Shown: piece after piece, positions 1 to 7,607 of the stretch
Layout of the letters: every line of letters begins with the position of its first letter
How positions within the stretch are numbered: the first letter of the stretch is position 1
Virus record (IMG/VR): IMGVR_UViG_3300023252_000178
Span: 1 to 33,495 of that record
Source of the DNA: a virus
Lineage: Duplodnaviria > Caudoviricetes
Strand: one strand, 5' to 3'
Length of the DNA stretch: 33,495 bases
Made by a program: the position numbers and the translations under genes
The notes under the pieces: model-generated
What the model was told of the DNA's origin: nothing
The model's input: only the letters and a program-made list of their open reading frames with translations
Databases searched by the model: none

Positions 1-552
1 TCCCTCGGCCGTCGACTCAATCGTGACGAAGCACTCAGCAGCAACAGCCTCGAAAGCGCCGGTGACGATCTCTCGCGCCTTGTGCGGGAACTTGGCGCAG
101 ATCTTTCCGAACTCGGAAACGTGCAGGTAGCGCAGCGTGCCGCCCCGGAAGGAGGTGCTGACATAGAGCGATCCGCCCTTGCTGAATACCAGTTCGCCCG
201 CTGCATCGTTGCGCGCCGGGTTGGCCGCTTTGATCTCGCTGGGGAGGCTGTCGTAGGCGTATTTGACCTTTTCCCGGAACAGGCGCTTGGCGTCGTTCAG
301 GGTGTGAGCGATCAGGGCGCACTTCGCCGCTTCAAACAGGGCCGCATCCAGCTGAACGATACAAACCAGCGTGGTGAAACCAAGCTGCCGCGCCTTCAGG
401 ATGATGTTGCGGGTGTGCATCCCTTGGAAGTAGTCGATCTGCTCCTGCGTCATGCGGAAGCGGACTTTCTTCCCGTTTTTGTCGGTGATGAAGTAAAGGT
501 TGTTCAGGCGCCAGAACCGGTCCCGGAGCAATTTCAGATGCTCGGGCTTCAT
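1..552 (-). CDS. terL: Terminase large subunit, N-terminal part (runs off left edge; absent from the ORF track)
   Basis: Manual translation from ATG at 552: MKPEHLKLLRDRFWRLNNLYFITDK...NIILKARQLGFTT (Walker A-like)...LRYLHVSEFG (Walker B-like)...VTIESTAEG; open to position 1; directly follows terS. Confidence 0.92.
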   Translation of the reverse strand, partial: MKPEHLKLLRDRFWRLNNLYFITDKNGKKVRFRMTQEQIDYFQGMHTRNIILKARQLGFTTLVCIVQLDAALFEAAKCALIAHTLNDAKRLFREKVKYAYDSLPSEIKAANPARNDAAGELVFSKGGSLYVSTSFRGGTLRYLHVSEFGKICAKFPHKAREIVTGAFEAVAAECFVTIESTAEG

Positions 553-555
553 CCG

Positions 556-1155
556 TCAGGCTTCCTTCGATAATTCATCCATCAGCTTGGAGAGGTCCTC
601 CGAGTCGTCGGTCTTCTCTTTCTCGTCCAGGCTGAAAGCTTGCCGCTCGAGCACCTGGAGATTCTTCATGGCCGACGAGAGTTGGAAAAGAGTCTTAGCG
701 TTGCTGGGCAGTGCAACGGCGGAGAGCATTGTCGCCCGGCGCATGCCGTTGGTGTCATCAGCAGTTTCGGCTTCAATCGCGTCTTCGATCTCGTCCCGCT
801 TGCTGATCGTGGAAAGCAGATCATCCATCAGCAGGTTCGCAAGGTTCGTGGCTTTGCGAATATCGCGGCGATGGCTGCGAACTACCGTGGCGCCTTCCTC
901 TGCGGCCTCTTCGATGATCTCAGCATCACGCTCTGGGTTCGCGCATTGGTCTTCGCGAACCTCGCCGCGAACCAGCTTGTTGCGAACCTCTTTGCGGACC
1001 TGCTCGGAAAGGTCTCGCTTCCATCCGGCGGCCTTGGCCTTCTTGCGGATGGCAGTGTCACTGACGCCATTTCGTTCGGCGATTGTTCTGATGGAAAGCG
1101 CACCCGCACGAAAGGCGCGTTCGATGGCCTCCCAGTCGGGTTGCTTTGCTGTCAT
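556..1155 (-). CDS. terS: Terminase small subunit-like protein (N-terminal HTH)
   Basis: PDWEAIERAFRAGALSIRTIAERNGVSDTAIRKKAK HTH; ends 3 nt before terL start. Confidence 0.8.
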   Translation of the reverse strand: MTAKQPDWEAIERAFRAGALSIRTIAERNGVSDTAIRKKAKAAGWKRDLSEQVRKEVRNKLVRGEVREDQCANPERDAEIIEEAAEEGATVVRSHRRDIRKATNLANLLMDDLLSTISKRDEIEDAIEAETADDTNGMRRATMLSAVALPSNAKTLFQLSSAMKNLQVLERQAFSLDEKEKTDDSEDLSKLMDELSKEA

Positions 1156-1228
1156 GGTTTACCTATGGCTTGAAATAGTGGCTGGTTGCCGGTATTGATG
1201 TGGATCCAAAATTAAGCAGGTACATAAC

Positions 1229-1441
1229 ATGGCTGAAGGCATCAAAAACATCGGTAACATCGTGTCCCACACCTACCGTTCTCAGAACGCTGACGGCAAA
1301 CGAGCAATGGCAATTGCCGCCGCTCTTGAGCTGATCGCCCTGAATGTAACCAACGCAGGTAACGGAGGACTGCTCGAGAACGAGCTCAATAGTCTGTCTG
1401 CCTATGCAGACAAGATTCAAGCTGCACTGGAAGGCAAGTAA
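1229..1441 (+). CDS. Hypothetical 70-aa helical protein, antisense to the late operon (moron)
   Basis: SD-like AGG(T) upstream of ATG, followed by a strong hairpin. Confidence 0.65.
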   Translation: MAEGIKNIGNIVSHTYRSQNADGKRAMAIAAALELIALNVTNAGNGGLLENELNSLSAYADKIQAALEGK

Positions 1442-1445
1442 CAGT

Positions 1446-1472
1446 AAGTGCCGCACTCCCCCTGCGGCACTT
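1446..1472. terminator. Hairpin between convergent genes
   Basis: AAGTGCCGCA-CTCCCCC-TGCGGCACTT, perfect 10-bp stem; weak U tract. Confidence 0.55.
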
Positions 1473-1510
1473 CCTCAGCCTTGAACATTGCCGTCTCAAG
1501 TCGTCATGGA

Positions 1511-1714
1511 TCAGCTCAGCAGCAGTTGGGTTTGCTTCAGTGCGTGAGCATGGAGCACGGCCACAATATAGCCATTCGGCAGGCCGCCAGCTTTGGCCGC
1601 ATTCAGTGCGGCAGTGATGGCCCGGTCGAGATTGCCGACCTCCGCGTTCACATCCACCGCTGGCGACACCTGGTGAGTTGCAGGCGGCAACACTTCTTTT
1701 AGTTTTCTGGGCAT
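1511..1714 (-). CDS. Hypothetical phage protein (67 aa)
   Basis: MPRKLKEV...YIVAVLHAHALKQTQLLLS, co-oriented with late genes. Confidence 0.6.
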   Translation of the reverse strand: MPRKLKEVLPPATHQVSPAVDVNAEVGNLDRAITAALNAAKAGGLPNGYIVAVLHAHALKQTQLLLS

Positions 1715-1778
1715 TTCTGATCTTCCAAGCAGCCGCGCCACCGAATGGACGCTTAGGGTTTTGTGGCGCGACTCTGGC

Positions 1779-1874
1779 TCAGAGAATTATCCAGGTCACC
1801 GCTGAGCAAATCGCGATCAGCAGCACGCACCCCAGAAACTCCAAATCAGTTACAAAATCCAGTTCTTCATCCAT
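1779..1874 (-). CDS. Possible 31-aa single-pass membrane peptide
   Basis: GGAG upstream; MDEELDFVTDLEFLGCVLLIAICSAVTWIIL has an acidic head and hydrophobic tail. Confidence 0.35.
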   Translation of the reverse strand: MDEELDFVTDLEFLGCVLLIAICSAVTWIIL

Positions 1875-1995
1875 CACAGCTACTCCATAGGATCGAGATG
1901 ACTGAATGGATGCTGGCGATGAGCCTGAGTTCAGAGAATTTTCTAACGAGAACGCTGAGTAATTTTCCGACCGATGAGTCGAGTTGGTTAATCCG

Positions 1996-2334
1996 CTACT
2001 GATTGGCCCGGTCAAGCACTTCGCCTGCCTTGTCAGCTGCCTTGTCGGCTTTCTCGGCGGCCTTGCTCGCACTATCAGCCGCGGCTTCAACCTTCCCCGC
2101 TGCCTCTGTGGTGCTGACGGCCAGCTTATTCAATCGAAGGTCGCGCTGTTTCAACGCTTCATCGTAAGCCGTCCGGATTGAGGCGACCTGCTGCATGTAG
2201 GAGCTGGCAAGCGACCACTGGCTGATCTGGAATCCGAAGAATCCGCCGCCAGTGATCAGCAGCATCGCGATCACCCAAACCTCTACCCGCCTCCACCATC
2301 GGCGAGCAATAAATTCCATCGCACATCTATCCAT
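1996..2334 (-). CDS. Membrane protein of the putative lysis (holin/antiholin-like) pair
   Basis: N-terminal TM (VWVIAMLLITGGGFFGF) plus coiled coil; TGATG overlap with upstream gene; lies between Q and terS. Confidence 0.7.
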   Translation of the reverse strand: MDRCAMEFIARRWWRRVEVWVIAMLLITGGGFFGFQISQWSLASSYMQQVASIRTAYDEALKQRDLRLNKLAVSTTEAAGKVEAAADSASKAAEKADKAADKAGEVLDRANQ

Positions 2335-2705
2335 CAGTTGGCACCTCCGAGCTGTGACCGTAGCCGCGCGATTTCCGCGCTCTGGCTTGTCACCTTGTCT
2401 GTGAGTTGTGCGACCTGGCTGGTAAGGGCTTCGATCTTCCCTTCCATCCGGCCAACTGCGGCAGCGAGTTCGTTTCGCTCTTTGGCGAACTGATCAGCTC
2501 TTGCTTCAGCCTCCTTGCGCGCGGTGCGTTCGGAGTCGAGCAATTCGTTGAGACGGCGGACTGTGCCGATATCGGCATTGTCCATTGCCCTGTCAGCGGC
2601 GTCCCGCGACAGGAATTTGCGTAGCCAAAGGAAGCCAGCGAGCAAAACAGTCCCAGTGCCGCCCAGCCAGGTAGCTGTGCCTGGGCCAAGGTCGGTTGGG
2701 TCCAT
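2334..2705 (-). CDS. Holin-like membrane/coiled-coil protein (123 aa)
   Basis: Likely start MDPTDLGPGTATWLGG with GAGG SD; one TM then a long coiled coil; holin position in the late operon. Confidence 0.7.
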   Translation of the reverse strand: MDPTDLGPGTATWLGGTGTVLLAGFLWLRKFLSRDAADRAMDNADIGTVRRLNELLDSERTARKEAEARADQFAKERNELAAAVGRMEGKIEALTSQVAQLTDKVTSQSAEIARLRSQLGGAN

Positions 2706-2771
2706 CTTTACCTCTGGAATTAAAGGACCGTTGGGGAAACGGCCAAGGGAGCGAAGGGATTCAAAAACGGC

Positions 2772-2800
2772 TTGACCACTAGGCCCAATGGGCCTAATAT
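2772..2800 (+). promoter_or_regulatory. Sigma70 promoter with an embedded 17-bp palindromic operator
   Basis: TTGACC(2772-77)-17 bp-TAATAT(2795-2800); TAGGCCCA-A-TGGGCCTA at 2780-2796. Confidence 0.8.
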
Positions 2801-2855
2801 ACAACACATGGGAAGCGCATATCGCCCGGCCCGACAGCCCCAAAGGGAAGAACAC

Positions 2856-3074
2856 ATGAGCATCGAAATGACCACCGCCGAACTCGAAAAGATTCACTCC
2901 GAGATTGCGAAGCTGATGGCAGAGACCAGCAAGCTGAACGCGGAGACCACCAAGTTGCGCAGCGAGGCGCACAAGCTGAGCCGCGAAGCCCTCTGGTATC
3001 CACTGGCGATGGCATCGGGTCTGGTGGGCGCGGTAGCCGCAGCCACATTAGCACTCACCAAATACCTCTCCTGA
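2856..3074 (+). CDS. 72-aa coiled-coil protein with a C-terminal TM anchor
   Basis: AGGGAAG SD; heptad-like KLMAETSKLNAETTKL followed by WYPLAMASGLVGAVAAATLAL. Confidence 0.8.
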   Translation: MSIEMTTAELEKIHSEIAKLMAETSKLNAETTKLRSEAHKLSREALWYPLAMASGLVGAVAAATLALTKYLS

Positions 3075-3079
3075 TTTCA

Positions 3080-3104
3080 AAACCCCGCGAAAGCGGGGTT
3101 TCTT
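3080..3104 (+). terminator. Intercistronic GNRA hairpin / attenuating terminator
   Basis: AAACCCCGC-GAAA-GCGGGGTTT-CTT. Confidence 0.7.
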
Positions 3105-3115
3105 ATAAGGCCGAC

Positions 3116-3397
3116 ATGAAAATCATCAAGCACTATGCGCCGCCATCACCGTCCGATCTGGAAGCGCTGAAGACACGGCTGAACAAAACCGGGAACGACA
3201 TGGCGGATATCGCAGGCTTGTCAGATGGTCGCCAATGGCGCAAGTACACTGGCGGCGCCAAGCCGCGCGAGGTGAGTGCTCAGATGCTGTTCTTCATCGC
3301 GGCCCGACTCACACTTCCCTCTGAACAGCTTGAAGCGCTGTACGCACAAATGCGGGAGATGGGTGCAGACCTGGAGTTTGAGGAGCAGGTCAGCTGA
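3116..3397 (+). CDS. XRE/KorC-like HTH transcriptional regulator
   Basis: PSPSDLEALKTRLNKTGNDMADIAGLSDGRQWRKYTGG HTH pattern, reminiscent of IncP KorC. Confidence 0.75.
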   Translation: MKIIKHYAPPSPSDLEALKTRLNKTGNDMADIAGLSDGRQWRKYTGGAKPREVSAQMLFFIAARLTLPSEQLEALYAQMREMGADLEFEEQVS

Positions 3398-3614
3398 AAT
3401 CCGATAACTCAGCGCCCGCTGTCGCTCGTCTTTCCTGAAGGGTCAGCTCTCCCAGCTTGCGAGGGTTGCAACACATCCAACAGGAACAAACCTTGCCATG
3501 GTTGGCGAAGATGCCAGCATCCCGGGCGGATGCATCCCACTGCTTGCCCTTTTGGGCTTCGTAAAATTTAGATTTGATGCGGCGTGTGTCGTGCCTTCGC
3601 TGTGCTCTCGTCAT
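3390..3614 (-). CDS. Small basic Cys-rich phage protein, first gene after the late promoter
   Basis: GGAGG SD; MTRAQRRH...CSCWMCCNPRK. Confidence 0.7.
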   Translation of the reverse strand: MTRAQRRHDTRRIKSKFYEAQKGKQWDASARDAGIFANHGKVCSCWMCCNPRKLGELTLQERRATAGAELSDFS

Positions 3615-3710
3615 ATCAGCCTCCAATAGCCAGATATGACGAAGCCCCGGCAAATTTCTCTGGCGGGGCTCGCGACGCACTCCTACACACGCAGGAATGA
3701 CAGGATGGGA

Positions 3711-3742
3711 ATATATTCGGCCATCCGGCCATGCACTGTCAA
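3711..3742 (-). promoter_or_regulatory. Candidate late promoter (pR'-like) with a tandem repeat in the spacer
   Basis: TTGACA (3742-3737) overlaps the Q-like stop codon; ATGGCCG x2 in spacer; AT-rich -10 region GAATATATT. Confidence 0.55.
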
Positions 3743-4275
3743 GCTGCCATTACAGGAAATAACTCCTGCTCATCGAGCAAGTGAAGGCCCGCCCTAATCG
3801 CTTCATCGAGCATGGCATTCATCGTTTCGTGAATGCCCGCCCGCCAGCGTCTACGTGTGCGCTCTGGCGTGCCTCGATTGTCATCCCATTTGTTCATGTC
3901 GTAGATGTCGGCCTGCAACACACCGGTAGAACGCTTCCCCTCTATGCCTGGCTTCTGCGGCTCGGCCCAGGTGAGAACGGCGTAGAACTTGAAGTGCTGG
4001 TGCGCATGCGTGGCCACGATTCGGCCCAGCGCCTTAATGCTCTGCCCACGCTCGGCAGTGTCCAGCGTGTATCGCGCGATCAGGGCATCCCAGTGACGCG
4101 GCAGCAGGTGCTGATGCAAGTGACGGCGGTAGTCGCAGTCCAGTTCAAACCGCTCCTGCCGGCTCAGACCGCCGTAGCCCGAGCAACCCTGATCAGCGTC
4201 AACCCACCCTGCCGAAGCGGTCTTGCCCTCAGAGCCTGCAAGTAGGATGCGGACCAATACGGATACTTTGTTCAT
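3739..4275 (-). CDS. Putative late-gene antiterminator (Q-like), 178 aa
   Basis: Sits after ninG and before the lysis genes; ATGA overlap with ninG; basic C-terminal HTH-like PERTRRRWR. Confidence 0.65.
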   Translation of the reverse strand: MNKVSVLVRILLAGSEGKTASAGWVDADQGCSGYGGLSRQERFELDCDYRRHLHQHLLPRHWDALIARYTLDTAERGQSIKALGRIVATHAHQHFKFYAVLTWAEPQKPGIEGKRSTGVLQADIYDMNKWDDNRGTPERTRRRWRAGIHETMNAMLDEAIRAGLHLLDEQELFPVMAA

Positions 4276-4874
4276 GCCTGCGCCCTCTTCAGTTCTCTGG
4301 TCAGTGCCCTGTAATGCGCGGTAAGCGCCTTCAGGTCGTCTATCGTGTATTTCTTTGGCTCGTGTGGGCCTTCCAGCCATTCCACCTTCTCAGCGCCGAT
4401 CCGCTGCACCAGGCAGATCCGGTAGTTCACGATGTCGCCGGACTTGTGCGTGTTGCATGGCGAGCACTGGAGGTGGCAGTTCAGCGGCTCAAAGCGGAGC
4501 TCTGGTGCACTCGCTACCGTGCGGTAATGTCCGGCGTCATTCTTGCCCTGGTGGAACCGGCCGCAACTGATGCAGGGCTGCGCGGCGTCTCGGGCACGCA
4601 CCCATGCGTTGAATGCGACTTGAGTGTCCTTCATGTGGTCCGCGCGGGTTTTCAGCTTCTCCTTGCGCGCCTTGACGTCCTGACGGTCCAGGTCAGCCAG
4701 CGCCTTTCGGACTTTCGCCTGATTCACTGGGTTCTTGGCTTCAGCCAGTGCACAGGATGGGCTGCACACTTTCTGGCCCAGGCGCTGGGGAATGAAATTG
4801 GTGCCACAGGCGACATTCACGCAGCGCTTATTCCGGCGCGTCGGCGCCGACTTCTTGATTGCCTGTCCGATCAC
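4272..4874 (-). CDS. ninG: NinG/Rap family recombination endonuclease
   Basis: CSPSCA N-terminal Zn motif; RARDAAQPCISCG...DAGHYR...LRFEPLNCHLQCSPCN HNH-like core. Confidence 0.92.
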   Translation of the reverse strand: MIGQAIKKSAPTRRNKRCVNVACGTNFIPQRLGQKVCSPSCALAEAKNPVNQAKVRKALADLDRQDVKARKEKLKTRADHMKDTQVAFNAWVRARDAAQPCISCGRFHQGKNDAGHYRTVASAPELRFEPLNCHLQCSPCNTHKSGDIVNYRICLVQRIGAEKVEWLEGPHEPKKYTIDDLKALTAHYRALTRELKRAQA

Positions 4875-4969
4875 AGCCCAACTCCGAACTGAACTGCGTT
4901 AGGGTTGGAGTGGTAGCTGTGCTCGAGCATTGTGGAGATGGCGCTGATGAGGGCCTTAATGGTCTTCAT
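4871..4969 (-). CDS. Small hypothetical protein (32 aa)
   Basis: MKTIKALISAISTMLEHSYHSNPNAVQFGVGL; 4-nt start/stop overlaps on both sides. Confidence 0.5.
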   Translation of the reverse strand: MKTIKALISAISTMLEHSYHSNPNAVQFGVGL

Positions 4970-5292
4970 GCTGGCACTGCCTCCTTTTTTGGAGTGCCGA
5001 TCCCTTGCACCAAGTCTTGAAAAGTCATATCGCCAGGGAAATGCTTCTTGCGCAAAGCGCCTTCATACCAAAGCGCCGACGCTTCGTTCCCGTCACCATC
5101 TTTTAGGACCAGATTCACGCCCTCAAGGAAGTAGCCAAGAATTTCTGCCCGTAGCGCCTGACCAAAAACCGGATCTAGATACACTTCATGGGCATGAATG
5201 CATTGAGACACGGCGTATTCTCCGTTGAGGTGCGGATAATCACGGCACTGAAGAATTACAACCTCGCCAACGCTGAACTTGAACTGGCTCAT
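4966..5292 (-). CDS. Hypothetical phage protein (nin region)
   Basis: ATGA-coupled ORF; FKFSVGEVVIL SH3-like start. Confidence 0.7.
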   Translation of the reverse strand: MSQFKFSVGEVVILQCRDYPHLNGEYAVSQCIHAHEVYLDPVFGQALRAEILGYFLEGVNLVLKDGDGNEASALWYEGALRKKHFPGDMTFQDLVQGIGTPKKEAVPA

Positions 5293-5759
5293 GCCGCCAC
5301 CTCGCCCAGCAGGTCGCCGAAGTACACGCCCTTGCTGCTGAAGTCCGCCACGATGCGATCGGTATAGGCGATGCCCTGGGCGCGGTTGAACAGCCGTGTG
5401 ACCGGGAAACCGTCAGGGCCGAACAGAGTGCAGGCTCCCATCAGATCAAGCTTGTCGGCGTAGGACAGGTGCCGCATGGTCTTGAACCAGCTCGCCCGAA
5501 AGTCCTCGTCGTCAGCGGTAAGGATCGCGACGCCGAAGTGCAGCTTGCAGTAACGCCGCGCGTCCTCGATGTCACCGATCTGGGTCATCTCGGCGATACG
5601 CTTGTAGAACGCGAACCACAATGCGTTCTGATCCAGCGTGCGGTCCTTGCCCGGGCGCAGCGAGACCACGACAAACTTCTTGTCGCGGTACATCGCCGTC
5701 ATGCGGGTGATCGCTTCGATGAGCTTGGACTGGCAGTTGATGCTGATCTTGTCAGTCAT
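5289..5759 (-). CDS. NinB-like protein
   Basis: RTLDQNALWFAFYKRIA matches the NinB RSxxQNxxxW pattern; nin-region position. Confidence 0.7.
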   Translation of the reverse strand: MTDKISINCQSKLIEAITRMTAMYRDKKFVVVSLRPGKDRTLDQNALWFAFYKRIAEMTQIGDIEDARRYCKLHFGVAILTADDEDFRASWFKTMRHLSYADKLDLMGACTLFGPDGFPVTRLFNRAQGIAYTDRIVADFSSKGVYFGDLLGEVAA

Positions 5760-5869
5760 TTGAACAGCACCCCTGAAGGCTTTGGAGCAACGCGCTCAAC
5801 TTTGTGATGCAGGCCATAACCGGTCACAAGGACGATGATGGTCAGAACGATCCAGATCCGGTTGGTCAT
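5756..5869 (-). CDS. Small membrane protein (37 aa)
   Basis: MTNRIWIVLTIIVLVTGYGLHHKVERVAPKPSGVLFK; ATGA overlaps at both ends. Confidence 0.55.
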   Translation of the reverse strand: MTNRIWIVLTIIVLVTGYGLHHKVERVAPKPSGVLFK

Positions 5870-6651
5870 GCTGTAGTCCTCCGCCTCTGAAGCTCTTCGA
5901 TAGCTGCCATGTGCTTGATCACGCGCTCATTGAGGTCGCGACGCCCCTGGCGGCGACGGTGAGCCTCGACCAGCTTGCGTTTGGTGTTTTGCAGGTGCAT
6001 GGCCTGCTTCAGCTCGCGGATTTTGAGAGCGACGTTTGCGGACGGCTTAGCTACGGTGCCGGTCAGCAAGCCCGCGATAGCGCGTCCGTCTTCGGTAACA
6101 GGCTCGTGGCTCATGTCGGCGATCAGCAGCTGCGCACGCTCTTGCGGAATACGCTGTAGCTCGGCGGCCTTGTTGATGGCGGCCACGCGGCGACCAGCGT
6201 CGAACCCGAGCGAGATGTGCCAGTTCACCGCCTGGGCGTTGGTGCGAGCCTCAGTGACGAACCGGTCGTAAGCGCTGATGAACGCCATGCGGGCGCCGAT
6301 CTTGTCGCCCGCGTCCAGCACCGGGCGAGCAGCATTCAGGGCCAGTTGGATTTCGTCGGTCATCACGACAGTGTCGAATTCATCGTTCGAGGCCAGCGCG
6401 ATCGCCCATGCCTCATCACGACCTGGACGGCCGTCCTTGACCTCGATCCGCTGCAGAATCGCTTGCAGCGAAAGTTTGCCAGCCACTTCGCGACGGCAAG
6501 CCTGCAGCGCGTCGATCAGGGTCCCGGCGTCGTAGATTTCAAGGTCATTGGCGATCATCGCGGCGGCAGTGGCCGACAGAGTTGAACCCATTGCCTCGGC
6601 TGTCGCGCACAGTGCATCAACGAGGCCCAGCTTATCGGCGGAGGAAAGCAT
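5866..6651 (-). CDS. Replication-associated protein (helicase-loader/P position)
   Basis: Overlaps the end of the initiator gene; PGRDEAWAIAL motif; function inferred from position. Confidence 0.65.
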   Translation of the reverse strand: MLSSADKLGLVDALCATAEAMGSTLSATAAAMIANDLEIYDAGTLIDALQACRREVAGKLSLQAILQRIEVKDGRPGRDEAWAIALASNDEFDTVVMTDEIQLALNAARPVLDAGDKIGARMAFISAYDRFVTEARTNAQAVNWHISLGFDAGRRVAAINKAAELQRIPQERAQLLIADMSHEPVTEDGRAIAGLLTGTVAKPSANVALKIRELKQAMHLQNTKRKLVEAHRRRQGRRDLNERVIKHMAAIEELQRRRTTA

Positions 6652-7606
6652 TCTGGACGCCCCCGCTCAGGATGATCGCCTTAGCCTGTTCGGCGGCGTT
6701 CATGTTGGCCTGGGTGTTTTCCATCTGGCGGGCCGTGGTCCCGTTCATCTGGGTCTTGGTGGCCCACTGGGTGTGGTAGGCCTCGGCCTTGGCGATCAGG
6801 TTGGTCAGGCTGTGGCAGTCGTTGATCAGGCGGGCGTCGTTGATGGTCAGGTAGTACGCCGCGACACTGTGGGCGACATCGATGCCGAGACGGTCAACCA
6901 GCTTGCCGAGGATTCCACCAGCGGTAGCGTTCCAGACCGGCCAGCACTGGTAACGCTTGCGGTAGGCCATGGCGTAGTTGGCCCATGCCTTGAAGGTTTT
7001 GCAGGTCTGGTCTTTGGGGCCCGGCATGTCGGCAGGGATCTCGACACGGGGAGCGTCTGGGCGATCCACCACAAGCACCAAACTCCCGGACTGGGTCGGC
7101 AGCGCCGCACCCTCCGGCAAGTCCTGACTTGTACCCTGACTGGTATCCTGATGATTGGTATCCTGATTTGTCGGAGATTTTTCCGACCCTTGCTCGGATT
7201 TTTTTCCGACCTTGCTCGGAGATTTATCCGAGGTAGATCGGATATTTTTCCGACCTTTGTTTTCAGGTGGGGTCGGATATTTTTCCGACCCATCGAGTTT
7301 CTGGTTCCATTCGGCAGCTTTCGCGGTCAGGCGGAAAAGCGTGATGTTCGCGGTGCTCGACAACTGGATCAAACCTGCTTCGTCCAGCGCCTTCAGCATG
7401 CGGTAAGCGGTGTCAGGTTTATCCGTGAGCAGCGGGAGTTCTTCGACGATCTTCGCCTTGCTCAGCGCAAAGAAAACGCCGTCGTCAGTGGTGACCGGCT
7501 TGGTCCAGCTCGGGCAGCCGTAGATGAAGGCGAACAGCAAGGCTTGCTGAGAATTCAGCCCCCACTCCAACGCTTTCACCTGGTTGATGGTTACGGTGAA
7601 TTGCAT
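6632..7606 (-). CDS. Phage replication initiator (O-like)
   Basis: N-terminal wHTH-like region; central low-complexity linker encoded by iterons. Confidence 0.85.
   Translation of the reverse strand: MQFTVTINQVKALEWGLNSQQALLFAFIYGCPSWTKPVTTDDGVFFALSKAKIVEELPLLTDKPDTAYRMLKALDEAGLIQLSSTANITLFRLTAKAAEWNQKLDGSEKYPTPPENKGRKNIRSTSDKSPSKVGKKSEQGSEKSPTNQDTNHQDTSQGTSQDLPEGAALPTQSGSLVLVVDRPDAPRVEIPADMPGPKDQTCKTFKAWANYAMAYRKRYQCWPVWNATAGGILGKLVDRLGIDVAHSVAAYYLTINDARLINDCHSLTNLIAKAEAYHTQWATKTQMNGTTARQMENTQANMNAAEQAKAIILSGGVQNAFLRR
7121..7290. repeat. Replication origin: five palindromic iterons plus adjacent short repeats
   Basis: TCGGA-N6-TCCGA at 7171, 7194, 7216, 7238, 7273; TGGTATCCTGA at 7141 and 7156. 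Confidence 0.88.
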
Positions 7607-7607
7607 G

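Noticed and set aside
82-1198. Long + strand ORFs (82-573, 500-1198, 640-1173)
   Set aside because: Antisense shadows of terL and terS, which carry the recognisable motifs
2706-2972. N-terminal extension of the 2334-2972 ORF
   Set aside because: Overlaps the + strand promoter and gene; a good SD precedes ATG 2705
7171-7290. CRISPR-like repeat array
   Set aside because: Spacers are only 6-19 bp, the repeats lie inside a coding gene, and no cas genes are present; these are iterons
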